A DNA stretch of 64,000 nt from contig CM121343.1 of the NCBI GenBank assembly GCA_051530055.1, positions 5,116,389-5,180,388 on the forward strand, read 5' to 3'. Position numbers and translations under genes: made by a program. Positions 29,348-40,803 of the stretch are shown here, in pieces (within the stretch, counting starts at the first letter, position 1; every line of letters begins with the position of its first letter). Origin of the DNA: Neoechinorhynchus agilis (lineage: Eukaryota > Animalia > Acanthocephala). Under the pieces are notes generated by a model that ran no database searches, was not told the DNA's origin, and worked only from the letters and a program-made list of their open reading frames with translations.

Positions 29348-32300
29348 ATGACCACAAATGAAAAAAGTTATAAAAAAGAAAAGCAAATTCTATTCGAATT
29401 TGATCTTTTGTTCAAAGGTAAGAATTGTTCCCAACCTTTATGAGAATAAATTTCCTTCGTTTTTAAGAAAAACTTAAAAAATGGCTTTCCTTCATTTGTG
29501 TTTTATCGAGAAATGGAATCCTTGAAGTTTAGGCGAGTTTCGCCAAGTGCATATTTTGCGTTCTAAAACATTTGGCAAAGCAAACCCCTCTAAAAAGTTC
29601 TGCTACAAACTTCCTATGTAATAAGTTGTATACGTATTGTCTTATCAATTTAAAATCTTAAATTTTTCCACAGCATCATGTTTGAATCTATAAAAATGCA
29701 GAAAATCTTAATTATTGGAAACATTTCAGATTTAATTGTTCTAATGGGTTGAAATCGACTTGCATTTCATTGGTATTGACATAGAAAGATTCCATTATGA
29801 AGTGTGGGTACTTTTGAGCAATAAGAGAAGAATATTTGTTTTCAATTTTCACAAATTAAAGCAACTTCCGTACACATTTAGATATTCGTTCTCAACTGAG
29901 CGAGCAAATAAAATGTCTTGAGCATCAAATTGATTCTCAAAACTTAACTGCGTTGGAACTAAGTGATTTCTTTAAAAAGCGTGCGGAAATTGAGAGCGAC
30001 TATTCCCATGGTTTAGAAGCTCTCGCTAAAAATGCTTCACAGCGAATTAAGGCGAACAGTGTTAAGTGAGTCCTTAAATATTCTAGTCAAATGAAAGTGA
30101 TTGAGTAATATTAATCAAGAAAGGACAGTTTATGGAGTTCCCATTCCACATCGGATTTGCTATCCGATCTTGTACAAGATTCAAAACAGCAAGCACAGTG
30201 CCATGCTCACTTTTCGGAGCTGTGCTCCAAGCATATTCCCGATAAAATCAGTGAGGTCTGCGACGATTCAAAAAGGATGCTCACTAAGGTAAATTGTCGC
30301 TTGCCTCTTATAACTGCTTGGAGCACTCAGAAGTCATATTTAGTGCAAACAGGTAGCTTTTGATTGTCATGCTGAGATATTTAAATCCTTGAAGGAAGTG
30401 CAAAGTGTTAGTACTTGGCTTTACAATCCCCTTAGATATTGCATGGTCAAATTACTAATAAATTCTTATAGTCTATGAAAAGCTACCATCAATACCAATG
30501 CGCTAGTAGGCAGGCGGAGGACAAACTTACAACAACTCAGCAGCATGTTTCCAAGCTCAAAAATAAGAAAAGCTCGTCTAAATATGAGAGGAGGTTGAAT
30601 AAGGTATTTATACGACTTAGTTAAATGCTCACAAGAATATCAATTGTTTTAGCGCCAAACGCAATACTCGGATACAAAATTAAAGGCTTTTAAAGCACGA
30701 AATGATTACATATTGTGTATAGAGTCCTCGAATACTGCACTCAGTCATTATTTTTCCACTGATATTTCAGACTTGATTGATGTACGGTGGTACTGGGTCT
30801 TAGGTTTAAGTCAATATGTGGCTCTAACGTGTCTTTTACTTTAAGTGTATGAATTTTGGCTTTCACACATCAATAGCAAAGTGTATTCTGATGTATATAT
30901 CAGCTCAATCAAACGTAATCCGATCCCGTCAAAGTTGTGTAAATACGCTTAACCGAAGCATCGCTGATTTGGATGCAGTTAAAGACAGACAAAAACTTAT
31001 TCAGCAATACACAAGCTTATTTTCAGCAAAACGAATAATCAGATTTGAAGCTCATAAGGGCGACCAGGTGACAAAATATGTGAACTATTAATTACTATTA
31101 GCGATGGTCCGTTTCAAGGTATCCTTAATACACGCTCAAGTATTGCTAAAGGATGAAATGTTTCAAAGATTCTTTGCTATCGAGAAGCGACTTCAGACAC
31201 TGAGCAACGAGCAGGAGCAGGTACGTCGAATATTTCAATTTCGATTCACATTTAAGATTTCTATTTCAAGATATTTGCTGAAATCGAAAAAATCGAGAAT
31301 GAATTGATGGAACTGATAAATGTCAAAAATTACGATGTTACTGACTTGTTTAAAAACCTACATTTTGATTCATCGTGCATGAAAGCGAAGAGACTCGATC
31401 TGGAGAACAATTACATCGAAAAGTTTCGCCAGTACACTCTTATGAGCAACTTAATCGCCAGATTAAAAACCAAGCACGCTTTACTGCAAAAAGCGCTTGG
31501 GCAATCGTCAACATCCCTTTCTGAATCTCGAATCGTATTCCGTCCAAGGACGAAAAAAATAGGAAAAGCTCCGGTTATTGGACGTCCGAGGCTTTTTGGC
31601 GGAAGATTGGATGATTATGTCAAGGCAACAGGCCAGCCAATTCCTCAAATTATCTATAGCTGTATTAGAGCTATCAACAGATTAGGTGGGTTTTTTGCTG
31701 AAAAAGTTATAGGTTAATACTAAATGACTTTGGTATTCAACAGGTCTTCATCATCAGGGGATCTTTCGAGTATCCGGTTCACAGGTGGATATAAATGATT
31801 TCAAAGAGCAATTTGAGAGGGGTAAAGTATTCTGCATTTTTCGCTCATTTATTTAGAATTGTTTGCTTATCAGGTGATGATCCATTGTTAAGTGTCTCTT
31901 CAAGGGACATGAACAGCGTAGCGGGTCTTCTAAAACTGTATTTCCGCGAACTTAAAGATCCACTATTCCCAAGGGAAAAGTTTGACGACTTTATGAACAT
32001 CATAGGTAAGTGTACCAGGTTAGTGAAGTTCACACATCACCCTATAACCACTGTAGCTATTAATGATGTCGAAACCGCATCAAAATTAACTGAAAAACTC
32101 AAAGAAGTACCTGTTACTCTTTACGTCGTAATGAGATACCTATTCGGATTCTTAAATCATTTGACTGAGTACAGCGACGAGAATATGATGGATGCAAATA
32201 ATATTGCATCGTGTTTCGCCCCAACTCTGATTCCCGTCCCTGAAGACTACGAACAGGTCAAATATTTATCGAATACCATTGAGCTTATTCGACTCATGGT

Positions 32301-33748
32301 GACTCACTACGATGAAATTTTCCCGACTTCATTTAACGAAGGACCTGTGTATGAAAAATTTCCAACGAGTTCAATAGATGAGAAGGACGAGGAAGACGAA
32401 GATGATGATGATAGCAATTTCGATATTGAAGAAGATGCTAAATCGAATGAAAAGACAACTGTAAATCGAAACCACCAAAATATACTTAATGCTCCTTACA
32501 ACACTAATTCAAGTCGTAGTGAGAAAGGTAATTTCGCTGCTGTCTAACGGATCTTACGTTCTGTTACTTTAACACTTTCGACGTTGATTTTCAGTGACTA
32601 ATGTGGGTCAAAGTGAATTTAAATTTCGTCAGCGACTTGGTAGTTGCAAGAGCAACAATTCGTCCAAATCAGCTCGGTAGTACACATTCGCTACTTAGAT
32701 TGCACTAGATCTAGATTTAGCTATTGCAACCGCTCATGTTTGTCCCCATTGAAACCGCTATCCAAGCACTGATGCCTAGTAGCGTTCGATTTCGAATCGA
32801 ATGTTTGTAGACTGCTTAGAGCATGTATTGAATCGCTAAAGCAAATCTCACATTTCCATTTTTAATACTTTTCATTTTAGAACAAATTATCCAAGCACGT
32901 CAACGAGCTTCAGCTCAAGGGAAACGTCTTTTCAAGTACAAGAAGCACGGGGGACAAGGCGGAATGCATCTCAAAGCAGGTAGCATGTCCACTGATAAAG
33001 GGCCCTCAGCTGACCAAAAAAGATCCGCTTTTACTTCATCAATCTCTGTCGACGAATCACGCTCCCATATGTTGAATACTTTATACCGTAGCAGCGATGG
33101 TACTCCAAATAATGCATTAACGTTACGTTCGTCCACTGAATGGATCCCTATTCATGACTATTCAGAGATGAGCGACTCTGTTATGTCTGATACCTGTGGA
33201 TACTGCCAACACAAACGTAAAGATGCAATAAGACCACCTCCACAATTTTACAAATTTACATTGAACGAAATGACCCAATTACCACTCAGTGGTCGGCAGG
33301 TCAAGGTTCGAACGTTCACGACTTCCTCAACATCAACAGAAATATGCCAACAACACTGCGGATCATCACAAAAAACCGACGGAAATTTCCTTACAATTGA
33401 AACACTGCCTGATTCTGGTCGAACTCGGTGTAAATTAAAAACAAGTAGAAGTGCAGGCAACGACGATTCATCTGCCATGGATTCATCGCGCCGGGAACTT
33501 ACAGACAAACTAATTCGCAACCGAGTCAAAGATGACGGACCCAAATGGTTAGTCGATCGCCCACAATCCCGAACTCATCGATTCTAAATTTCAGCCCTGG
33601 TAAGATTAAACCACCACCACCTTCGGTAATTGCGAAATCAGAGGGGGAGGAGGAGACGACGGAGTTGTTGCAAAAGTTCGGCGGGCCGACGGTCAGCACA
33701 AATGATGCAAATAAAGATGGACATCTTAGAAGATCAACAAATGTATAG
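29348..33748 (+). CDS. SRGAP: SLIT-ROBO RhoGAP (srGAP)-like F-BAR + RhoGAP protein, multi-exon
   Basis: Exon 1 MTTNEKSYKKEKQILFEFDLLFK (29348-29417); exon 2 DIRSQLSEQIKCLE...FFKKRAEIESDYS; RhoGAP GLHHQGIFRVSGS, AGLLKLYFRELKDPLF, YSDENMMDANNIASCFAPTL. The last exon follows a 47-bp intron at about 33548-33594. Confidence 0.9.
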
Positions 33749-33860
33749 GCGATTGTAATGAATATCGTTCTTAGTTTTCGTCGAGTTGCTTCCCATAAAA
33801 AATCCTGTATCACTTGCCGCTCTTATTTTGTGAACACAATTTATCGTTTTATTTGACTTT

Positions 33861-34334
33861 TTATGCACTATGGTAACTCGTACTGCTGGTGTCAACTTGT
33901 AATTTGGATATTGAACCGTTTCTGATCGCCATCCATTGTACGATCAACTCACTTGTAAAAATGATAGCATTGCAGATCCATATAATGAGAGATAACACCT
34001 TCAATGCACACAGCCTTTTCAGTATACTAAGAATTGTAATTATAATGCATAATATTGAAATTAAGAGCATATTCAGGTTCCACCCATTTGTGTATTTGCC
34101 GAAACCAATATAATCATCATGAAAGTTACCCCGGGTATAAAGTATAACTGTTGTTGATGTCACCATTAGGCAGGTGAGAGTGCAAGAATAATAAGTCAAG
34201 AATGCATCGCTACCGAAGACCCCATCACCGATCCGGCATGAAATAATTCCGAGAAAGGCGAAAAACAAGATTAGAACGCTAATTATACTCGAGACGGATA
34301 ATATCAGCACCGAATGCGATTGCATTGTGTTCAT
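33861..34334 (-). CDS. Small four-transmembrane protein of unknown function
   Basis: A 157-codon ORF in AT-rich DNA with four hydrophobic segments; GW precedes the third segment. No family recognised. Confidence 0.45.
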   Translation of the reverse strand: MNTMQSHSVLILSVSSIISVLILFFAFLGIISCRIGDGVFGSDAFLTYYSCTLTCLMVTSTTVILYTRGNFHDDYIGFGKYTNGWNLNMLLISILCIIITILSILKRLCALKVLSLIIWICNAIIFTSELIVQWMAIRNGSISKLQVDTSSTSYHSA

Positions 34335-34943
34335 TGTAGAAGACTTTGTTCGTTCTCATCGCTGTTACCATGGCGACGTCTTTGATAACAAACGGGATTT
34401 AACCCATGCCACTTCTATTGATGAGAATAATGTTTTAATTCGAAAATGAATGATGCATGCACCCATAACATTAATAATATGCAATCACCCTAAATCCATT
34501 CCTAATTCTTCATTAGGTTCGATGGTTTCATGATTTTCGTGTGATGTCTCCGTATGACTGATCGATTTGTAGTTTTTAGGAAACAGCTTATTTTCAGTTG
34601 ACCAGAAAATCACAAATTCATTTTAAAACAGTTCTCGCAAAGGTATTTAATAAAATGCTTGAGAGCGGATAAATTGCCGTCATCCTTTTAAAGTATTTTA
34701 AAATGCAAAAATATTCAATTGCATGTACGAACAGCACAATTAAAGTTACGCAAAATATCGATATCGAATGCGCGAAATTCCATGAGATAGCGATCAGAAC
34801 GATTGCACCGCTGTGAATGGAGATTTCACAAAAAATGGTTCATCCATGACGGTTTTAATCACAAACGAGAGCACCGACTGAACAACAAATGTGATAATAA
34901 AAAGGGTAGCTTTAATAGCTCGGATATTTCGCAAATCGTCGGA

Positions 34944-35085
34944 ACCGGGGCAATATGATTAGGATTATTGTTTAAAAGTCTTCACCCGGTAAAGATTTTA
35001 TTAAAAACGTTTTGAGAACCTCACCGGGTTCATCATCCGCCTATTGATGGTTCGAAACTTTTTTAAGACTTCTAAACAATAATTC
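34944..35085. mobile_element. Family A palindromic repeat, diverged, with left flank accggggcaatatgatta
   Basis: Termini are ggattattgttta ... ctaaacaataattc, with internal gaacctcaccgggtttcatcatc and ggttcgaaac. Confidence 0.7.
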
Positions 35086-35585
35086 TAATTCGCAAATCAT
35101 TTTGCAATCATCTCTCGTAAGTGGGTAATTAGGAAAGAGTTAAATGGAGCATTAAAATCACAACACCCAACCATGCGTTATGGCGTTACAATGGTAAATT
35201 TAAGAGCGATACCTACTTCCTAATTCTTGATAGCAATTATATCTTATAAATCGCATGGCTATTGGTCTTAATAGAACCCTCCATAGATCCGCGAAAAGGT
35301 ACTTTTAAACAAATCATTGACATCTCATCATAGTATTCGTCTTTTAAAGAAGACAAATTCTCATATGTATGCCTTTTTGGAGGGAATGAATCACCTCGGA
35401 GGTGCCCGAAAATAGACTTCAATGGACATCATTGTCATGCCGTTTAAAAGAAATGTAGGCATGTGATGCATTGTTAAAAATGTATAAGGAAATGGGGGCA
35501 AAAGGTCCTCTTTCGCCCTTACTCATTCGTGACTATCTGTGGTATACTCATTCCTGAGGAAATTGAGAAAAGGCAATAGCTCTCA

Positions 35586-36964
35586 ATGACTAAAGTCATA
35601 GATAGTGATAACTGCCTTGGCACAGGAGAACAATTCTGCCCCACCGTCCACAACGCACACGTGCCAATACGAGCAACTTCATTGGGAAACGTGAGTGAGG
35701 GTTATAAAGACGGATATTCAGTAGGACGCCGAAGAGAATTTGTGTCAGAAGGTCGTTCAAATATGCAACAACAGCAACATGAAGTAAAACTACAAACCAA
35801 GAATCGAATGAATGTTAAAGGTGGACCAGTAAACGGAAGCAAGGGATACAGCGTCAATTATGATCCAGAACCTGAAGTAGTACGGCGGCAAGCATCCGGT
35901 CAAGTTATATACAAACAAGAAGTAGCTGTTCGATATTTGAAGCCACCAACACCGCCGCCTCCTGGTCCTCTAATAATCAAGGAGGTCCGTGCCACACAGG
36001 CACCTCCTGCACCACCCGTAATAATCAGACAAAGACCACCAAGACCGGCAACACCTCCACCTATGATTATAAGGGAAAAACCGCCGCAGACTCCACAAAA
36101 TTGTGCTCCAAAGGTGATCACAAGGAACCTGCCTCCACCTCCCCCTCCTCCACGGCGTGTTATCATTGAAAGACTTCCACCACTGCCACCAAAACCTAGA
36201 TCCATTATTGTAGAAAGGTGGTTACCGTATAAGCAGCAAAAGCGAAGGGTAATTTATCAGCGAGCACCTCAGATACAGCATCCAGAGCAACAAAAAAATC
36301 TCATTATACAATGGGAAGGAGCTCAGGTTAAGATACTCAAAGAGTTTAGAAATCTGGGAATCGCTAAAGTTGATCCAAATATTTACGTACAAAAATTTGG
36401 TCCGAGTCTTTGCCATACATCAGCCTTGCCGGATTTTAGTAAGCATATGAAACTTCCGAACGCACATAGTGCTATGGGGCACGATATTGACAACATCGTG
36501 AGTTTCCTCTTTCAACGAAAATCAATATATATTCAATATTATGCATTTAGTCATTTAGTAATGGTTTGAGCGATCATTACGAACCCAATCAAAATGGCAT
36601 TGATCTGAATTATAGTGGCAATTATAATGCAATTAATGATTCGTATGGGACAGAGATTACCGACTATCAAAATGGTCACATGCTAGATTCAAACACTTCA
36701 TTTAGCATGAGCGATAACAACTATTCAAATGTACAAGTGAACGATAATCAGTCTCATGAGCCCGAGATATATGAAGGAGGTCAATTACTAAACCAGCAAC
36801 CATTCAATTATCTTCACAACAGCAACCAATCGGATCCTCAGTTAATTGACGGACATTGTGTTGAGCTCGGCGTTCCACCAACCACATCGTCAAACTTTGA
36901 AGATCAAAGAAGTGATATACCTGATTACCAGCCCCATATAGTCAATGATCAGCGACACTATTGA
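35586..36964 (+). CDS. Proline-rich protein with alternating PPP / VII(E/R) repeats (intron 36498-36550)
   Basis: Long ORF with VRYLKPPTPPPPGPLIIKE...PPRRVIIERLPPLPPKPRSIIVERWLPY...KNLIIQWE. A 53-bp gtgagt..tttag intron joins the N/Q/D-rich tail in frame. Confidence 0.75.
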
Positions 36965-37739
36965 AGCATAAAGAGATTGGTATTAGGTACACTGACTAGT
37001 TTCTATATCCAAATGAGAAAGTTCATAGATCATCCTCAAATAAAATACTCCAAATGGTCGACAACTTGACCGTTTGACGAAAAGTCAGCGGAGGCACGTA
37101 AAAATACCATCTTTATCAGTGAGTGAGCATAGCAGTTCTGTAAATCCTATCGAAGACTACAATACTCACATTATGCTACTTGAGTAGACGAAACGTAGAA
37201 CCGTGTAAGCGCCACATGATATTCCAGCACACGGAAAGAGAAATAGAATCCCTTAGCTCTTTTGAACGTGAAGAGGAATGAGCACAATATTGACAATTAA
37301 TCAATGTTAAATTTAACGTCTATCCAATTTTATAGTTCTTAAGTTTTTAAATATGTCATAATCGAGGATGGCGTTAGTTTACGAATCTCTAAAGCCTTCA
37401 GCGGATTAGCGCCTGCAAACAAATCGCAATGTATCCCACAAAACGCATTTGCGATCAAGTAATAGTACACAAACTAAATTGTAGCAGAAATCTTCAACTC
37501 CTTAGTCAAATAAGCGGAATTGTCCAGCAAAATCACTATGAAATAGAGCTTCAAGAACTGACAATTTACAGTTCATATGAATAATTTTAAAATTCTATTT
37601 TCCGTAGATTGTTTTGGGCAATATTTGAACCTTCTATCCGTTTCACTTTATAATGGCAATAAGATCAACTAACCTTGATAGTACAGTTTTAATGGATGAA
37701 AATATGCATCGGTCGCACAGTAAAGGGAATAAAATACTT

Positions 37740-38110
37740 AGAAACGGCCCGGTTAATCGGACCAAACCGGGACGCGATATTTTTGGTCCTAATAAGCGAC
37801 TAGTCCGATTGTCCGGATTTGCCTGTACTGGTTTTCTGTTATCATTATTCCATTAATTGCTTAATGACAAAAGCTAGTCGCTTCATGAAGGATCTTAACT
37901 ATTTTAGATCTTAATTGCCATTTTCCACGACGAAGAACGGATCGATTTTTTCATTTGTGCGTATGATAGGTCGTTCAAATGAATTTTTAGAATTTTGCAG
38001 ATCGTTTGCATTAGTTTCATTTTCATATACAGTGGACCGAATTGATTGGGACCGAACGAGATCCGGATACGAAAAGTTTCAAATAACCGATTCCGGGGGG
38101 GATTCTCCTA
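37740..38110. repeat. Possible Tc1/pogo-type MITE terminal fragments
   Basis: Clusters of GGACC/CCGG motifs, with a TA-CAGG/TA-CAGT-like end at about 37826 (-) and 38030 (+). The ends do not pair convincingly. Confidence 0.25.
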
Positions 38111-38598
38111 GTTTAGAGTGTTCATTTTAAATTTAAGCTACTACAAATCGACTTCAGCATCATACTGAAGATAAATTTATGCGAAACCCTGTTGAAAGTG
38201 CATAAATCCCTTCAATTTCCGGGTTATTCCACAGTGAACCCATTAGTTCAAATTGCTTGCTGACCTTGACTAGAAATGCAACAATACTCAAAGAGAGCCT
38301 AAATTTCTTCGGGAATTCGTCCGGGTAAGACTGGGAATCATGTGGATGTTGTTTCCATTGCCGGAGTACCTGTGCATCCATTATGAACCCCTCGATACTT
38401 CTTCCATGTTAACGGATGTTAAGTGGTGATTTGATGTGGACTAACGTTGCAGTGCAAAATGGCAATGGTCCACGAAGGCTCGGATGTGGAGTTTAATAAA
38501 TGGCTTAGGATCGATTCCATAGGTTTTGACCCTGGCTTCGCTGTCACTCGCGTGGTAAATTCACCGATCAAATTGCGGCACACGCGCCGATATCGTTT

Positions 38599-39915
38599 TT
38601 GCAGATTTATGCAATGTTCGAATGGAAAAGTGCGAAAACAATTTCATGGGCGAAATCAAGTCAGAAATCTTTAAGTGATACCGAACTCAATCCAAACGAA
38701 AGGCAAAGTGTACGGAGATCTAGAAAATCAATAGATTATCTATATAACCGATCGCATTTTCGGGAGCGAGCTACAAGCGAGGACGATAGCGACGAAGACA
38801 AAAGCTATTGGATAGTTTCCCCTGGAAAAAAGTCGCAGGAATCTCGAGATATTAATCGATCGGCCATCAATCGACATATAACACGAATACTGAACTCACG
38901 TAGAATATTCAATGCAAAGCAGTTGTACTCTGCGTTCATGATGAACAACTTTTGTTTTGATCTGATGCCGGTCAGTGGCCGTGTGCTGACTATCGACGTT
39001 GATCTGAAACTCATGTTGGCGTTCCGCGCATTGATTGCGGATAATACTCGTAGCAGTGTCCTATACGACTCAAAGGTTCATAGATTCGTTGGAGTCCTCT
39101 CAGTAACTGATCTTATACATCTTCTGGTCACAAATCACACAAACCCATCACGTGATTGTGATTCTTACACAATTCGATTTTGGCGACAACTCCAAATAAA
39201 CAATGATATGCCGAATCATCCGTTCATCACAGCGACACCAAATACAAACCTGCTGGATGCAGTGTGCATTTTGAGCAAATATCATTTACATCGATTACCG
39301 ATTATAGATCCTCAAAGTGGAAATTATTTACATCAGGTAACTTATAAGCGAATTCTCAAATTCCTGTTTCTTTCAATCTATAACATGCCAACTGTAACGA
39401 TCTCTTAGCGATCTTGATTACTGTAAAGAAATCGTCACATTAAGCCACTCTACATTGACAAATCAATATCTGCACTCAATATCGGCAGCTATAAAGACAT
39501 TCTTACCCTCTCGTATGAAACTAAACTAATTGATTGCTTTAAACTTCTTCTTAAGAAGGGAATATCGGCTCTACCCGTCACTAATCAGTCTCGTGAACTC
39601 TTAAATATCTTTTCTAGATTCGACATCGTTCATTTGGTTGGAAAATGCGTCCTTTTCGATCTAAACAGTACCGTTAGAATGGCCATTGAGTGCCGGCCTA
39701 AGCACGCCGAATCGGTGATTACTTGCAAAGCTAACGACAGTTTGATCGATGTTATGAGCAAGATAGTGCAATCACAAGTGCACAGATTATTCATTATTGA
39801 CTCATCGAATGTTTTAGTTGGCGTAGTTTCCCTCTCTGACATCCTGAACTATATCGCTATAAGACCATGTCGAAAAAATTCCTTGCGTATATCTCATTCA
39901 AATAAACAAGATTGA
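38599..39915 (+). CDS. PRKAG: AMP-activated protein kinase gamma subunit (4 CBS domains); intron 39394-39444; 5' end uncertain
   Basis: FMMNNFCFDLMPVSGRVLTIDVDL, FVGVLSVTDLI, HLHRLPIIDPQSGN..TYKRILKFL, GISALPV..IFSRFDI, VHRLFII..GVVSLSDIL. Confidence 0.9.
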
Positions 39916-40368
39916 CAGTGATTTTATAGAATAGCCGTTATGGAGAAAGTCTAAAATTGACAAGGAGCCTCCTTTCAGAAACTGGGTCCCAATGATCGAT
40001 CGCATCAATGTCCTAAGTTTAAATAATGCCAAAGTATTGACTTTAAAACGCTCGCTTAATTTTTCTTTGTAATAAAAGCGTCCGTTGGTGTTTATTATAG
40101 TGGCAATTTTTCCAAGGTTACAGTATTGCCACCTTTTTTTTGAAATCAATCACAACCATTATATGAATCAGAATAAAAAAGGGCTTATTGTCACGCCTAC
40201 TGAACATCGAGCGCGGTGTTTGCTTAGTGCATGATTACGACGACTAAGCACTTTTTCTTGGTAGCTTAAATTACACAAAGATAGACATGGAAGTTTCTGC
40301 ATTTTGTAAGATTTTAGTAAAAGATTATTCGTTTTGTAGGAGTCCAAGGTAAAAATGAAGAGGATGTT

Positions 40369-40803
40369 CATGCGCCGTCCGATATCTTCCCGTCATCTCG
40401 GCTAAAACCGACCAACTCAAGGAGAGATGGAATGTCGTTATCAAAGCCTTCACTTATTAGAGTATTCACCATGCTGTGGCGATTGTGCCTGGTTATCGTT
40501 TTGGATCAATCGAGCCCTCTTTAAATGATACCGAACTCAATCCAAACGAAAGGCAAAGTGTACGGAGATCTAGAAAATCAATAGATTATCTATATAATCG
40601 ATCGCATTTTCGGGAGCGAGCTACAAGCGAGGACGATAGCGACGAAGACAAAAGCTATTGGATAGTTTTTTTTTGAAAAAGTCGCAGGAATCTCGAAATA
40701 TTGATCGATCGGCCATCAATCGACATATAACACGAATACTGAACTCACGTAGAATATTCGATGCAAAGCAGTTGTACTCTGCGTTCATGATGAACAACTT
40801 TTG
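40369..40803 (+). pseudogene. Mosaic duplication: CRE fragment (copy of 10117-10237) plus AMPK-gamma exon piece (copy of 38668-38954)
   Basis: Direct alignment by eye: 121 bp with 1 mismatch to 10117-10237, a 28-bp linker, then 286 bp with a few substitutions and a 1-bp deletion relative to 38668-38954. Confidence 0.9.
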
